From contig OZ244065.1 in assembly GCA_965215505.1 (NCBI GenBank), positions 2,176,001-2,240,000 on the forward strand: 64,000 nt of DNA, given 5' to 3'. Position numbers and translations under genes: made by a program. The stretch is from Capsulimonadaceae bacterium. GTDB lineage: Bacteria > Armatimonadota > Armatimonadia > Armatimonadales > Capsulimonadaceae. Shown piece by piece: positions 29,425-39,520 of the stretch. The notes beneath the pieces were generated by a model that was given only the letters and a program-made list of their open reading frames with translations, ran no database searches and had not been told where the DNA came from. Positions within the stretch are counted from its first letter, which is position 1, and every line of letters begins with the position of its first letter.

Positions 29425-30615
29425 ATGCTTCACAAAATCAATCGGCCCCAATCCTGGCAGCAGATGGAGAATCTTCTCCAATTCCAGCAGAACGTCCTGA
29501 GTCTCTTGTGTGACTCCGCGACTCCGGTACCCCTTGATGATATCGAGGCTCCTCAGCCCACTCTGCTGGCCGCCTTTCACACTCACCTTGGTACGGCTCC
29601 CGGCGACTGGTTTTGGGGCAAGCGGGGCCGCCAGATCAAGAGCGGCGGGACTCTCCTGAAGGCCCTCAAGGATGTCGTGACCCATGTCTATGCCCACCCT
29701 GCCGAAGGTCCCAAAATCTTAGCGGCATTCCATCACGACACTACGTTCCACAAGGACAACACCAACCAGACGACCTTCGCATTCGAGTATCACACACAAC
29801 TGACCGACGACGCCCGCAAAGTCCTTAAACCACTCTTCCAGGCATTCTACACGGACCTGCTCGCCGGCGGCTTCCCGGCTTCCATCCATGGCGGTCCGCC
29901 TGGCAATTTCGACCGTGACAGCTTCATCTCTGCCTTTTGGGAGGCAAATAAAGAGATGAGCGTCTGCCCCGCCTGTGATGGTCCCCGCTCAGACACGGAG
30001 GGGGACAAGCACTTCGACGATGCCGACCATTATCTGCCCAAATCCGAATACCCATTCTTTTCTCTGCATCCGGCGAACCTGGTTCCCCTGTGTCTCCAGT
30101 GCAACCGCACCTTCAAAGGTGATCGTGACCCTGCCGATACACGTTCACTCACGCCCCAGGAACGGGACCCTTTGTATCAGCAGACACACGGCCCCCTTAC
30201 AGGCGCTTTCTTTCCTTATGCGAAGCTGCCCGCCGTCAGCCAGCTTACGCTCCATGTCACCCGCTCTCCGACCGGGGAGCGGCAGATGTGTTTCGAGGAT
30301 CACAGCGGGATGCCGTCCCGACGCGCCGCCAGTTACACCCGTGTGTTCCACATCCCTGGCCGATGGAAAGGGCGCTTAGATGACCAGATCAAAAGTCTTC
30401 GCAACGAACTTGCCCAAACCGGCCGAAGCCATGTCCGCCTCATGCGTCGACTGAGTGATACGGAGCTAAAGCAGGAAATCTTTTATATGCTCGATGACCG
30501 AATAAAATTGATCAGCCAGGAAGAGAATCTTGTTGTGCAGACAAGCTATCTGCGTTATGCCCTGAGCGACAGCGACGAGTTCCAGGAACTCTACAGCCAA
30601 TATCTGGGCCAATAA
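29425..30615 (+). CDS. HNH endonuclease (PtuB-like)
   Basis: CPACDG...DADHYLPKSEYPFFSLHPANLVPLCLQCN..K. Confidence 0.8.
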   Translation: MLHKINRPQSWQQMENLLQFQQNVLSLLCDSATPVPLDDIEAPQPTLLAAFHTHLGTAPGDWFWGKRGRQIKSGGTLLKALKDVVTHVYAHPAEGPKILAAFHHDTTFHKDNTNQTTFAFEYHTQLTDDARKVLKPLFQAFYTDLLAGGFPASIHGGPPGNFDRDSFISAFWEANKEMSVCPACDGPRSDTEGDKHFDDADHYLPKSEYPFFSLHPANLVPLCLQCNRTFKGDRDPADTRSLTPQERDPLYQQTHGPLTGAFFPYAKLPAVSQLTLHVTRSPTGERQMCFEDHSGMPSRRAASYTRVFHIPGRWKGRLDDQIKSLRNELAQTGRSHVRLMRRLSDTELKQEIFYMLDDRIKLISQEENLVVQTSYLRYALSDSDEFQELYSQYLGQ

Positions 30616-30743
30616 TAAGCGGCTGTGCATCCACTGCACAGCCGTTTAAAGCAGAACCCCCCCGCCAATATGCCCCTACGATTTCGATGACCGATGGGTA
30701 GCCCGGCAAGTGCTCCGCCCAGCGAGAACAGCAACGCGGCGGC

Positions 30744-32894
30744 TCAATCTTGGACGTGGGCGGGATTGTCCGGGAACACTGGCGTCCCGGTCTGAGTGGC
30801 GTCGGACGCCGCATCCCCATCGGAGAGCGGCGCGTAGAGCTGCGGCATCAGGCGCAGGTTGGAGGCCGGCTTCGGACTGTTGCGGGCGAACAGCGGTGTG
30901 CCGCCTGACGCCGGTGGCTGCGGCCAGTCCCGCATCAGTCCGTCGATATCCCCTAAGACCTTTTTGACCTGTCCGACCCACTGATCGGTCTTCACATCCC
31001 AGTGGAGATCACCCGAAGAGCGATAGCCATAGGGAAAACCTTTCCGCTGCTGTTCTCCCAGCAGCCGTCCGGCATCGAACTTTGCCTGCTCCGCCGGTGG
31101 CTTCACAACGAGCCGATCCTGCATCTCGCGCAGTTCGGCCTCCAGTTGCCCCATGACTACGCGGAAGCGAGTCCACTGATGCTCGTCGAGATCGAAATCG
31201 GAAAGAAGCCCTTCTCCCGCCATCTTTCCTTTCTCCGCAATCCCCCGGAGCGTCTCCGACGGCATGTCCAGATTTAGGCCGCCCTCCGTTTTCTTCAAGC
31301 GCACCTGGATGATCCGCTCCCGATAACTCGGGAGTTGCGATTGCTGATTATCCCGGTAATTCTGCATCACCGACACGATCGCCCCCAGGAACGAAACCAG
31401 AGTTGGCAATGCATTCACGATCTTCGGTGTGTTTTCACTCGCCCGGGGCAGATAAACTGCGGCCGCCGGGTCACCCACCTGGCGTTTCTTGTTCCGCCCT
31501 TCGGACTCGCCGGGGGTCGGGGGGGCCGAAAACATCGCAGCCTGCATCATCTCTCCCTGGACGGAAGTCTGCGGCACATCTTGGCCGTTTTTGACGAACG
31601 CCTCCGGGGGATAAGCCGTGAGGTTAATGCCGAATGTCGGGCGAGTTGGTAGCCAACTGTCGAAGAAATGGATAGGGAAGTTGCTTGACAGGCCCCCGTC
31701 GCTGAACCAGTTCTCATTCAAGTCATCCTTTGTCAGCGCCTCAGCATGTTTCCTGTTGATCTTGGTGAATGCGGTCGCTCCCAGTGTCCAGAGCGGCACA
31801 GCACTGAGCAGAATCGGAAAGCTCAGGCTCATCCTCATTGCGACTACGATAGGCAGATCATTTGCGTCCGGCAGGAAAAAGAATCCGGGCGGCGGCTGCA
31901 GGCCACGACCTGAGCGGTGCCTTTTCCCCACCAGATGATCGACGACATCGCGAGGGAAATACTCCCGCATCTTGGATTCCTCGAACAAGAAGCGATTATT
32001 TTCGAACGGAAGCACATACGGCAGTTCCTCGCTGATGTTGGTGGTCATCATCTTCAGGACGATCGGATTTGATCTGCTTTGCAGGTCCCCGAATGTTAGC
32101 GGCATTTTGTATTTGCGCCCCGCCCCCGACAGCCCCTTCTCTACGGTCGCCCACTCATTTTTGGCTCCGATGCCCTCGATCTGCCCGATCAGCCAGTCGA
32201 TCAGCACTGGCTTCCCTTCATCCGGTATGCTCCCTTTCGCCTTCGGATTGTGCCCAATACAGATGCCAAAACCATTGTTCGGCAGGTCAAAAAAGAGTTT
32301 GCGCAGCAGTGCCCATCCGGGGCCGACCAGTGCCCCCAGAATCCCATACAGTCCCAGGAAAATCTTACGGCGTACCCCCGTCGCCGTCCCACCGTCCAGC
32401 GCCGACAGTCCCCAGCCGACTCCTATACCTGCCAAAGCCCCGAGTCCCAGTTCTGCCGCCGTGTTCCGAAAGAGAGCCCGTGTCATCCAGAGGATTTTCT
32501 GCACCACGCGCACGACGGCGAAGCGGCTTGTCTTGCTCATCATGGCTGCAGAGGCGACATTCATCAGCGCCGCCGTCTTCGGCGAGGGTTGGAACAGGTC
32601 CCGCAGGAAAGACTGTTCGCACAACTTGTCATTGAGCGCCCCCAACCGGTCGAAACCGTCTTTACCGGCGGCATCCCTAGCCTCTCGTCCATACTCTGCT
32701 GCCGCAGACGCCGCCGCCGCGATCGCTCCTGCCGAGGTCCCACCAATGTTGCAAAATCGGTACGTGTCTTTTAGCGCCAGTACCGCCTTGGGGTACACGA
32801 TCCCGCTCGTGATCCCCCCCTTCATTACCAAGTCACACTCCAAGAAGGGATTGTTCCCCTTCGTCTCTGTTCCTGTCGTCACTTCACTGCTCAT
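30744..32894 (-). CDS. Patatin-like phospholipase with internal hydrophobic helices
   Basis: DLVMKGGITSG, GGTSAG nucleophile elbow, RMSLSFP, FSDGG. Confidence 0.85.
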   Translation of the reverse strand: MSSEVTTGTETKGNNPFLECDLVMKGGITSGIVYPKAVLALKDTYRFCNIGGTSAGAIAAAASAAAEYGREARDAAGKDGFDRLGALNDKLCEQSFLRDLFQPSPKTAALMNVASAAMMSKTSRFAVVRVVQKILWMTRALFRNTAAELGLGALAGIGVGWGLSALDGGTATGVRRKIFLGLYGILGALVGPGWALLRKLFFDLPNNGFGICIGHNPKAKGSIPDEGKPVLIDWLIGQIEGIGAKNEWATVEKGLSGAGRKYKMPLTFGDLQSRSNPIVLKMMTTNISEELPYVLPFENNRFLFEESKMREYFPRDVVDHLVGKRHRSGRGLQPPPGFFFLPDANDLPIVVAMRMSLSFPILLSAVPLWTLGATAFTKINRKHAEALTKDDLNENWFSDGGLSSNFPIHFFDSWLPTRPTFGINLTAYPPEAFVKNGQDVPQTSVQGEMMQAAMFSAPPTPGESEGRNKKRQVGDPAAAVYLPRASENTPKIVNALPTLVSFLGAIVSVMQNYRDNQQSQLPSYRERIIQVRLKKTEGGLNLDMPSETLRGIAEKGKMAGEGLLSDFDLDEHQWTRFRVVMGQLEAELREMQDRLVVKPPAEQAKFDAGRLLGEQQRKGFPYGYRSSGDLHWDVKTDQWVGQVKKVLGDIDGLMRDWPQPPASGGTPLFARNSPKPASNLRLMPQLYAPLSDGDAASDATQTGTPVFPDNPAHVQD

Positions 32895-33606
32895 AATCAC
32901 CTCGCTTCGCCCTATCGGCGGTCTTAGATATCAGAATTAAGATGTGTCGGTTTTGGAAGGCATGGCCCACCTTTTAAGGGAGCGGTTACCGCATATGTAA
33001 GGCACAAAATAGGTAGAGTACAAAGGCAGAGCAAAATGAGAAAGGCGGCTAAAAATGAAGAGAATTTCTGAGGGTGAATTATCAGTTTTTGGGTCAAAAC
33101 GTCAGGTAAACGCCTGAGAGATGACACCGTGACGAGGGTGTAGAGCAGTCAAGAAGTAACATGTTTCCCCTTTCCTGGCAATCTTCCGTACAGTTGGCGA
33201 AAGGCTCGAGCTTTTACCAAACCTTGTGGATGAAAGTTGCAGCAAACAATTGGTAGTACAGGAGGAACAGGTAAAACACAGTAACTGGACAACAGGACAC
33301 TGCCAGGATAGAATAACACATGAGCAACAAAGTTGTCAATACTAGCAACAGACAAATGGACACTGATGTCGAATGGTAGACAGACTGCGGTATGCGCCAA
33401 CGATTTCGCCATTCTGGAGCATTCTTATATACAAAGGTTTTGGGCGTCCTGTATTCACTGTTTTCTTCCAAGTGTTCAACAATGCGTAGAAAATGGGGTA
33501 AGATATCAACACTTCGTTTCCGGAAATATGGGGGATGAGGGGCCGTAAATTCGTGGTTTATTGCCATACATCGAACTTTGATGGTAGTAAATAACAGGTC
33601 GAGGTC

Positions 33607-33656
33607 GCACTTCGTTGACATCGAAGGGGTCACAAGTTCGAATCTTGTACTGTCCA
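33607..33656 (+). mobile_element. 3' fragment of tRNA-Val(GAC), putative att site
   Basis: CTTCG-TTGACAT-CGAAG anticodon arm, ACAAG-TTCGAAT-CTTGT T arm, ACTGTCCA acceptor strand; no matching 5' acceptor strand or D arm upstream. Confidence 0.75.
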
Positions 33657-33778
33657 TTCCTCGCTCTGAGATCATGATAGGTGACTGTGGCTTTGGCTGG
33701 CTCAGTCACTTCAAGATCGTCATTCCCATCCTCGAATAAACCCGTCCTGAACTTACAGAAAACGCAAGGAGAAGCCGA

Positions 33779-34258
33779 ATGGCCGGTCCGAAAACCAGTC
33801 CTCCGCCAAAAGGGTCCTCCGTAGACACAGGGGGAGTCCACGCCAATAGAGGCCCTGCAAAGATGTACGCGGACAGTCCTTTGGCGATGCTTCCCGACAA
33901 GATTGAAGTCACCGGGCATCCGGCAAGGCATGATGAAATTGCCTATCTTCAGGAACTCTACACGGCTGAGAGTTGGAATGATGTACTCGGGTTCCTAATG
34001 GACAACCCCGCTCTGGCACCGCTTCTTTTGGAGGCCCGCCCTCGCCTGCATGACGTCTTCGCAGGAAGCCGATCCGTTCAACTACGCCTAGTTCCGGGCT
34101 ATGAGGAAGACGAACCGGCTTTGCTGTTCGCCGACATCATGACCACGGCGGACCCGATGCTTGCTTTCGATCAGATGAACCGGTTTGAAGACGAGTGGTG
34201 GCTCGATTCCATGACTCCCGCTCAAGGGCTTCTGCATTTTTCGGTGGAGTTCGCCTGA
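33779..34258 (+). CDS. Hypothetical protein, putative antitoxin partner of the HEPN protein
   Basis: TGATG coupling to the HEPN gene; acidic RFEDEWWLD C-terminus. Confidence 0.55.
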   Translation: MAGPKTSPPPKGSSVDTGGVHANRGPAKMYADSPLAMLPDKIEVTGHPARHDEIAYLQELYTAESWNDVLGFLMDNPALAPLLLEARPRLHDVFAGSRSVQLRLVPGYEEDEPALLFADIMTTADPMLAFDQMNRFEDEWWLDSMTPAQGLLHFSVEFA

Positions 34259-34665
34259 TGCCGTTTGACTGGCGGGACTATCTGATACTGGCGGATGGTC
34301 TGGTCGGGATGACGGCAGAGTCCGCCAAACGCTCGGCCATAAGCCGGGCCTATTATGCCGCGTTCCATAAAGCGGAAGAAGTCTACTCCAACAATCATGC
34401 GACCTACCTTCAGACACGCGGGACGCAGTCGCACTATGATGTCTGGAACTGGTTTGAGTCCCACCCAGCACTGAGCTACAAGAAGATCGGAACAGCGGGC
34501 AAGAACTTAAAACGTCGGCGCGAAGATGCTGACTACAGAGACATGTTCCCTGGAATCGCAGAGCAGGCGGTATATCAGGTAGCAAGGGCGAAAGAGATCA
34601 CTCAGGGTATCGACCGGATTTCCGCGCCACCTAGAGGCGTTCCGCCCTCAGAAGACCAGTCTTGA
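34258..34665 (+). CDS. HEPN-domain protein (UPF0332-like)
   Basis: MPFDWRDYL, RSAISRAYYAAFH, SH..V, LKRRREDADY. Confidence 0.75.
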   Translation: MPFDWRDYLILADGLVGMTAESAKRSAISRAYYAAFHKAEEVYSNNHATYLQTRGTQSHYDVWNWFESHPALSYKKIGTAGKNLKRRREDADYRDMFPGIAEQAVYQVARAKEITQGIDRISAPPRGVPPSEDQS

Positions 34666-34890
34666 GAAGACCCAAAACAAAACGACGTTGCCTGTCGGCA
34701 GATTGTACTGCCCGTTTCTCCCCCGACCAACCCGACCACTTGTTCATAAGCCATCGCAATGCTGCTTCCACCTCGACCCGGCTCCTCAAGATCGCGCTTA
34801 TGACCCCGCCGGAGGGTATGTCTGGAAAAGCCCCGAATGACAATCGGCAATAGGAGTAGTGACACTATAGTCAGGGAAGGACGTCGAGAG

Positions 34891-36189
34891 ATGCGGAGCG
34901 CGCGGGTTTCTGCGCTGCTGATGGCCTTGCTGCTGACGCTGCTGCCGGGCTGCGGACGGGACACGGGCCGCCGGGAGGCCGGGCCGGTGCGTGTGCAGGT
35001 CTGGTCCATGTGGAGCGGCGACGAGGAGCGCGATTTCGAGCAGGTACTGGACTACTACAACCGCGCTCATCCCGGCGTCGTCGTCGAGAACCTGGGCGCG
35101 GTGGATGACGCCAAGACCGTCCGCGCCATCATCGCCGCCGACCCGCCCGACCTCTGCACCCTGGCGGAACCGTCCTACCTCGGCGCTTTGGCGGCAAACG
35201 GTGCCGTGCAGCCGCTCGACGCGCAGTTCCGGGCGTCCGGCTTCAAGGGAGCCGACTACACGCCCGGTTCCCTCAGCCAGTGCCGCTACGGCGGGCACCT
35301 GTACGCCGTTCCCTACCTATTGGACTGCATCGCCCTCCTGTATAACAAGGACGTTTTCCGGGCGGCGGGCCTCGACCCGGATCGGCCGCCACGCACATTG
35401 GAGGAGATGGAGGCCGACTGCCGCAAGATCACCCGCCGCGACGCCGTGGGGCATCTGACCCGGCTGGGCCTGCGCCCGCCGGACGCGGTCCAGCTCCTGT
35501 CGCTCTACGGCGGCGGCTTCCTGGACTCGGCGACCGGGCGGATCACGGCGGACAACCCGCGCAACCTGGAGGCCGCCGCCTTCGACAAGGGGCTGATGGA
35601 CGCGCAGGGCGGCTATGAGAGTGTGCAGAGCTTTTCCCAGGGCTTCGCCAGCGACATGGGCAGCTTCAACCCGTTCTTCCTCGGCCAGATCGGCATGACC
35701 TTCAGCGGCCAGTGGAACACCTACTGGGCCTACCATTACAGCCCGCAGACCCACTACGGCATCGCGCCGCTGCCCTTCCCCGCCGCCCATCCGGAGCGGG
35801 CGGGGATGGTCTGGCTGGGCGGCAACCTGTTCTGCATCCCGCGCGGCGCGAAACACCCCAAGGAGGCGTGGGACTTCCTGGCCTGGTCGCAGTCGCCCGA
35901 GGGCCAGCGGCGGTTCGCGATGAGCCTGCACGGCATCCCCAACATCCGCGCCTCGCTCCGCGACCCCGCCCTGCGGACCGGCACGGCCTGGCGGCCTCAG
36001 TACGGACGGTTCATGGACCTCTCGGACAGCCCCAACGCGGCCCATTTCCCGCCGATGCCGGTGGCGACGCTTTATCAGAACGCGCTGGCGAACGCCATGG
36101 ACTCCGTCCGCTACGGCCACAAGTCGCCGCCGCAGGCGCTCACCGCCGTCCGCCTGCGCGTCCAGCGCGAGATGAATGACTACCGGTGA
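34891..36189 (+). CDS. Sugar ABC transporter substrate-binding lipoprotein
   Basis: Lipobox LLPGC; LYAVP, LLYNKDVFRAAGLDP. Confidence 0.9.
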   Translation: MRSARVSALLMALLLTLLPGCGRDTGRREAGPVRVQVWSMWSGDEERDFEQVLDYYNRAHPGVVVENLGAVDDAKTVRAIIAADPPDLCTLAEPSYLGALAANGAVQPLDAQFRASGFKGADYTPGSLSQCRYGGHLYAVPYLLDCIALLYNKDVFRAAGLDPDRPPRTLEEMEADCRKITRRDAVGHLTRLGLRPPDAVQLLSLYGGGFLDSATGRITADNPRNLEAAAFDKGLMDAQGGYESVQSFSQGFASDMGSFNPFFLGQIGMTFSGQWNTYWAYHYSPQTHYGIAPLPFPAAHPERAGMVWLGGNLFCIPRGAKHPKEAWDFLAWSQSPEGQRRFAMSLHGIPNIRASLRDPALRTGTAWRPQYGRFMDLSDSPNAAHFPPMPVATLYQNALANAMDSVRYGHKSPPQALTAVRLRVQREMNDYR

Positions 36190-36195
36190 CACAAC

Positions 36196-37089
36196 ATGGC
36201 TAAAGACAGGGCTAAAACAAGACCGGTCCTGACGGGGCTGCTGTTCATCTCCCCCTGGCTGCTCGGCTTCCTGGTCTTCACGGTCTTCCCCGTCATCGCC
36301 TCGCTCTACCTCAGCTTCACCGACTACCGCGTGCTGTCGCCGCCGCGCTGGGTCGGCCTCGCCAATTACCGGTCCCTGCTCGGGGACACGGACTACTTCT
36401 GGCCCGCCCTCGGCAACACGGTCTTCTTGTTCCTGGAACTGCCGCTGTCCCTTTGCCTCGGCCTGGCCCTGGCGCTGCTGCTCAACCAGAAGCTGCGCGG
36501 CATTGCCCTCTACCGGACATTCCTTTTCGTCCCGTCCATCGTCCCCGTGGTCGCGAGCGCCATGCTGTGGCTGTGGGTGCTGAACCCCGAACACGGCCTG
36601 CTGAACGCCGGGCTGCGCGCCGCCCACCTGCCCGCCCCGCCCTGGCTGGCCTCGCCGCTCTGGGCGAAACCCGCGATGATCCTGATGGACCTGTGGGGCG
36701 TGGGCGGCGGCATGGTCATCTATCTCGCCGCCCTCCAGGCGGTCCCGGCGGCGCTGTACGAAGCGGCCGCGCTCGACGGGGCGAGCTTCTGGCAGCGCAC
36801 CCGGCACATCACGCTGCCCTCGATCTCGCCGGTGATCTTTTTCAACCTCATCATGGGCGTCATCGGGACCTTCCAGTACTTCACGCAGACGTTCGTGATG
36901 ACCAGGGGCGGGCCGGACAACTCGACGCTCTTTTATGCGCTGTACCTTTACGAGAATGCCTTCGAGTACTTTCGGATGGGGACGGCCTGCGCCATGGCCT
37001 GGATACTGTTTATCCTCACGCTGGCGGCGACCGCGCTGGTCTTCAAAAGCTCCGCGCGCTGGGTCTATTATGAAGGCGAGCCGAAATGA
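36196..37089 (+). CDS. Sugar ABC transporter permease
   Basis: LYEAAALDGAS EAA motif; TM helices. Confidence 0.92.
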   Translation: MAKDRAKTRPVLTGLLFISPWLLGFLVFTVFPVIASLYLSFTDYRVLSPPRWVGLANYRSLLGDTDYFWPALGNTVFLFLELPLSLCLGLALALLLNQKLRGIALYRTFLFVPSIVPVVASAMLWLWVLNPEHGLLNAGLRAAHLPAPPWLASPLWAKPAMILMDLWGVGGGMVIYLAALQAVPAALYEAAALDGASFWQRTRHITLPSISPVIFFNLIMGVIGTFQYFTQTFVMTRGGPDNSTLFYALYLYENAFEYFRMGTACAMAWILFILTLAATALVFKSSARWVYYEGEPK

Positions 37090-37907
37090 ATAGAACACTT
37101 TCTCAGGTCTTCGGCCATGCCGCGCTCCTGGCCCTCAGCGTCCTCTTCCTCGCCCCCGCCCTGTTCATGCTCTCCACGTCGCTCAAAGACGACGGCCAGA
37201 TCTTCACCCGGACGATCCGATGGATTCCGCACCCGGCGCTGTGGAAGAACTACCCGGCGGCTCTGGAATACTTCCCGTTCTGGCTCTATCTTCGCAACAC
37301 GCTGGTGATCTGTGTCGGGACCGTCGTCGGCACACTCGTCTCGGCCGCCCTGCCGGCCTATGGCTTCGCGCGCCTGCGCTGGCGCGGGCGCAACGCGCTG
37401 TTCTTCGTGATGATCGCGACCATCATGCTGCCGGGACAGGTGACCCTGCTGCCGGTCTTCCTGCTGTTCCGGCACCTCGGCTGGACGGGGAGCTTCCTGC
37501 CGCTGATCGTCCCCAGCTTCTTCGGCAACGCCTTCAGCATCTTCCTCCTGCGCCAGTTCTTCCTCGGCATCCCGCAGGAGCTGTCCGACGCCGCCCGCAT
37601 TGACGGGTGTTCGGAGTTCGGCATCTTCCGAAGGATCATCCTGCCGCTCGCCAAGCCCGCCCTGGCGACTGTCGCGCTGTTCGCGTTCATGGGGGCCTGG
37701 ACGGACTTCCAGGGGCCTCTGATCTATTTGCATGACGAGCATCAGTACACGCTGGCGATCGGCCTGAGCAGTTTCCTGGGCCGGCACGGGGGTGAGTGGA
37801 ACCTGCTGATGGCCGCCTCGACGGTGGTCACGCTGCCGCTCATCATCGGCTTCTTTTTCGCCCAGCGGACGTTCATCCAGGGGATCGCGTTCACCGGTTC
37901 CAAGTAA
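37086..37907 (+). CDS. Carbohydrate ABC transporter permease
   Basis: ELSDAARIDGC EAA motif; QRTFIQGI C-terminus. Confidence 0.92.
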   Translation: MNRTLSQVFGHAALLALSVLFLAPALFMLSTSLKDDGQIFTRTIRWIPHPALWKNYPAALEYFPFWLYLRNTLVICVGTVVGTLVSAALPAYGFARLRWRGRNALFFVMIATIMLPGQVTLLPVFLLFRHLGWTGSFLPLIVPSFFGNAFSIFLLRQFFLGIPQELSDAARIDGCSEFGIFRRIILPLAKPALATVALFAFMGAWTDFQGPLIYLHDEHQYTLAIGLSSFLGRHGGEWNLLMAASTVVTLPLIIGFFFAQRTFIQGIAFTGSK

Positions 37908-38059
37908 GGGGGCGGAAGCAGGTCCGCGCGCCGCCTTCCCGCATTTGTTTTTAGGCCCTAAAGAACTCCCCTCGACATCCCGATACATATACCTATCTAG
38001 TTTTCCTGTAAAGGCGAATGCAAGGCCCTGTTGATGGGGGTTCTTGCTTAGGAAGGCCC

Positions 38060-39520
38060 ATGACCGCCCCATTACCGCCCGACGAGACCGAACGCCTGCG
38101 CGCCCTGTACGAGTGCAGCATCTTGGACACCGCGCCCGAGGAAGTGTTCGACGATATTACCCGCTTGGCCGCCCAGGTCTGCGGCGTGCCCATCGCCGCC
38201 GTTACCCTCATTGACGCGGAGCGGCAGTGGCTCAAATCCGTCGTGGGCCTGAGCGGCAGGGAAACTCCGCGCGATGTGGCCTTCTGCGCCCACACGATCC
38301 TCCAGGCGAATATTTTGGTCGTCCCCGACGCCCGCGCCGACCTCCGATTTGCCGACAACCCCCAGGTGACGGGGCCTCCACACATCCGCTTCTATGCGGG
38401 CGTGCCGCTGATCTCCGAGGAGGGACGTGCGCTCGGCTCCCTGTGCGTCATTGACACTCTTCCCAGGACTCTCACGCCGGACCAGGAGGCGACCCTGTGC
38501 CTGCTGTCGCGTCAGGTCTGTAGCCATCTCCGGGCGGCCCGCCGGGCCACTGAGCGGGAACGGGCCGAGGCCGCCCTCGTCCAGACCCATTCGGCGCTGC
38601 GGACGGTCCTGGAGAGCGCGCCCCTCATCCTCTACGCCGCCGACGCCGACGGGACGGTGACCCTGTCCGAGGGAAAGGGCCTGTCGGCGCTCGGGCTGGG
38701 GCCGAGCGATGCGGTCGGGCACTCCGTCTTCGAGTTCAGCGCGGGGGACACCGAGAACGAGACGAATATGCGCCGCGCATTGGCGGGCGAAGCGATTTCC
38801 TACGACGCCCGCGTGAACAGCGTGTGGCTGCACACTGAGGTGCGGCCCCTGCACAATGCGGACGGGACGCCCTCGGGCATCATCGGCGTCTGCCTGGATG
38901 TGACCGAGCGGATGCGGGCGGAGGAGCGGGTCAATGACCATGTGGTCATCCTGGAGTTCCAGGAGCTGCAAAAGAATGAGCTGGAGAAGGCGAACGCGGA
39001 ACTCGCGTCGCTCGCGACCACAGACGGGCTGACGGGCCTAAAAAATCATCGGGCTTTCCAGGAGAGGCTGGCGGAGGAGGTCAGCCGGAGCGCCCGCTAC
39101 GGGACGCCGCTGTCGCTGATCCTGCTCGATGTGGACCGATTCAAGCACTATAACGATGCTCACGGCCACCCGGCGGGGGATGCAGTCCTCATGGCGGTGG
39201 CGAGCATCCTCCAGCAGAGCGCGCGGGAGACGGATTTGGTCGCCCGATACGGGGGCGAGGAATTCGTGCTGATCCTGCCCCAGACCGACCTGGACGGGGC
39301 ATCGGCCTTCGCCGAGCGCCTGCGCGTCTCAGTCGAGGGCCATTCCTGGCCGGTGCGCGCCGTCACCGCCTCCTTCGGGGTGGCATCCCTGCGGCTGGAG
39401 GACTGCGGCTCGGACGTGATCGCCCGCGCGGACGAGGCGCTGTACCGGTCCAAGGCGGCGGGGCGGAACCGGGTGACGTCCTCAGCCGGGCCTTGCGGCC
39501 CCGTCGTCCGGCATCCGTGA
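38060..39520 (+). CDS. GAF-PAS-GGDEF diguanylate cyclase
   Basis: GAF (AFCAHTIL, RFYAGVPL), PAS, DGLTGL, RETD I-site, RYGGEEF. Confidence 0.92.
   Translation: MTAPLPPDETERLRALYECSILDTAPEEVFDDITRLAAQVCGVPIAAVTLIDAERQWLKSVVGLSGRETPRDVAFCAHTILQANILVVPDARADLRFADNPQVTGPPHIRFYAGVPLISEEGRALGSLCVIDTLPRTLTPDQEATLCLLSRQVCSHLRAARRATERERAEAALVQTHSALRTVLESAPLILYAADADGTVTLSEGKGLSALGLGPSDAVGHSVFEFSAGDTENETNMRRALAGEAISYDARVNSVWLHTEVRPLHNADGTPSGIIGVCLDVTERMRAEERVNDHVVILEFQELQKNELEKANAELASLATTDGLTGLKNHRAFQERLAEEVSRSARYGTPLSLILLDVDRFKHYNDAHGHPAGDAVLMAVASILQQSARETDLVARYGGEEFVLILPQTDLDGASAFAERLRVSVEGHSWPVRAVTASFGVASLRLEDCGSDVIARADEALYRSKAAGRNRVTSSAGPCGPVVRHP

Noticed and set aside
27499-30615. Retron-associated PtuAB
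   Set aside because: No reverse transcriptase or msr-msd seen.
30744-32894. CBASS system
   Set aside because: No CD-NTase or Cap2/Cap3 gene nearby.
33580-33660. Intact tRNA-Val gene
   Set aside because: No 5' acceptor strand or D arm.
33214-33675. 153-aa minus-strand ORF (MDSTRFELVTPSMSTK...)
   Set aside because: It begins antisense to the tRNA-Val fragment, a typical spurious translation; the rest has no recognisable motif.
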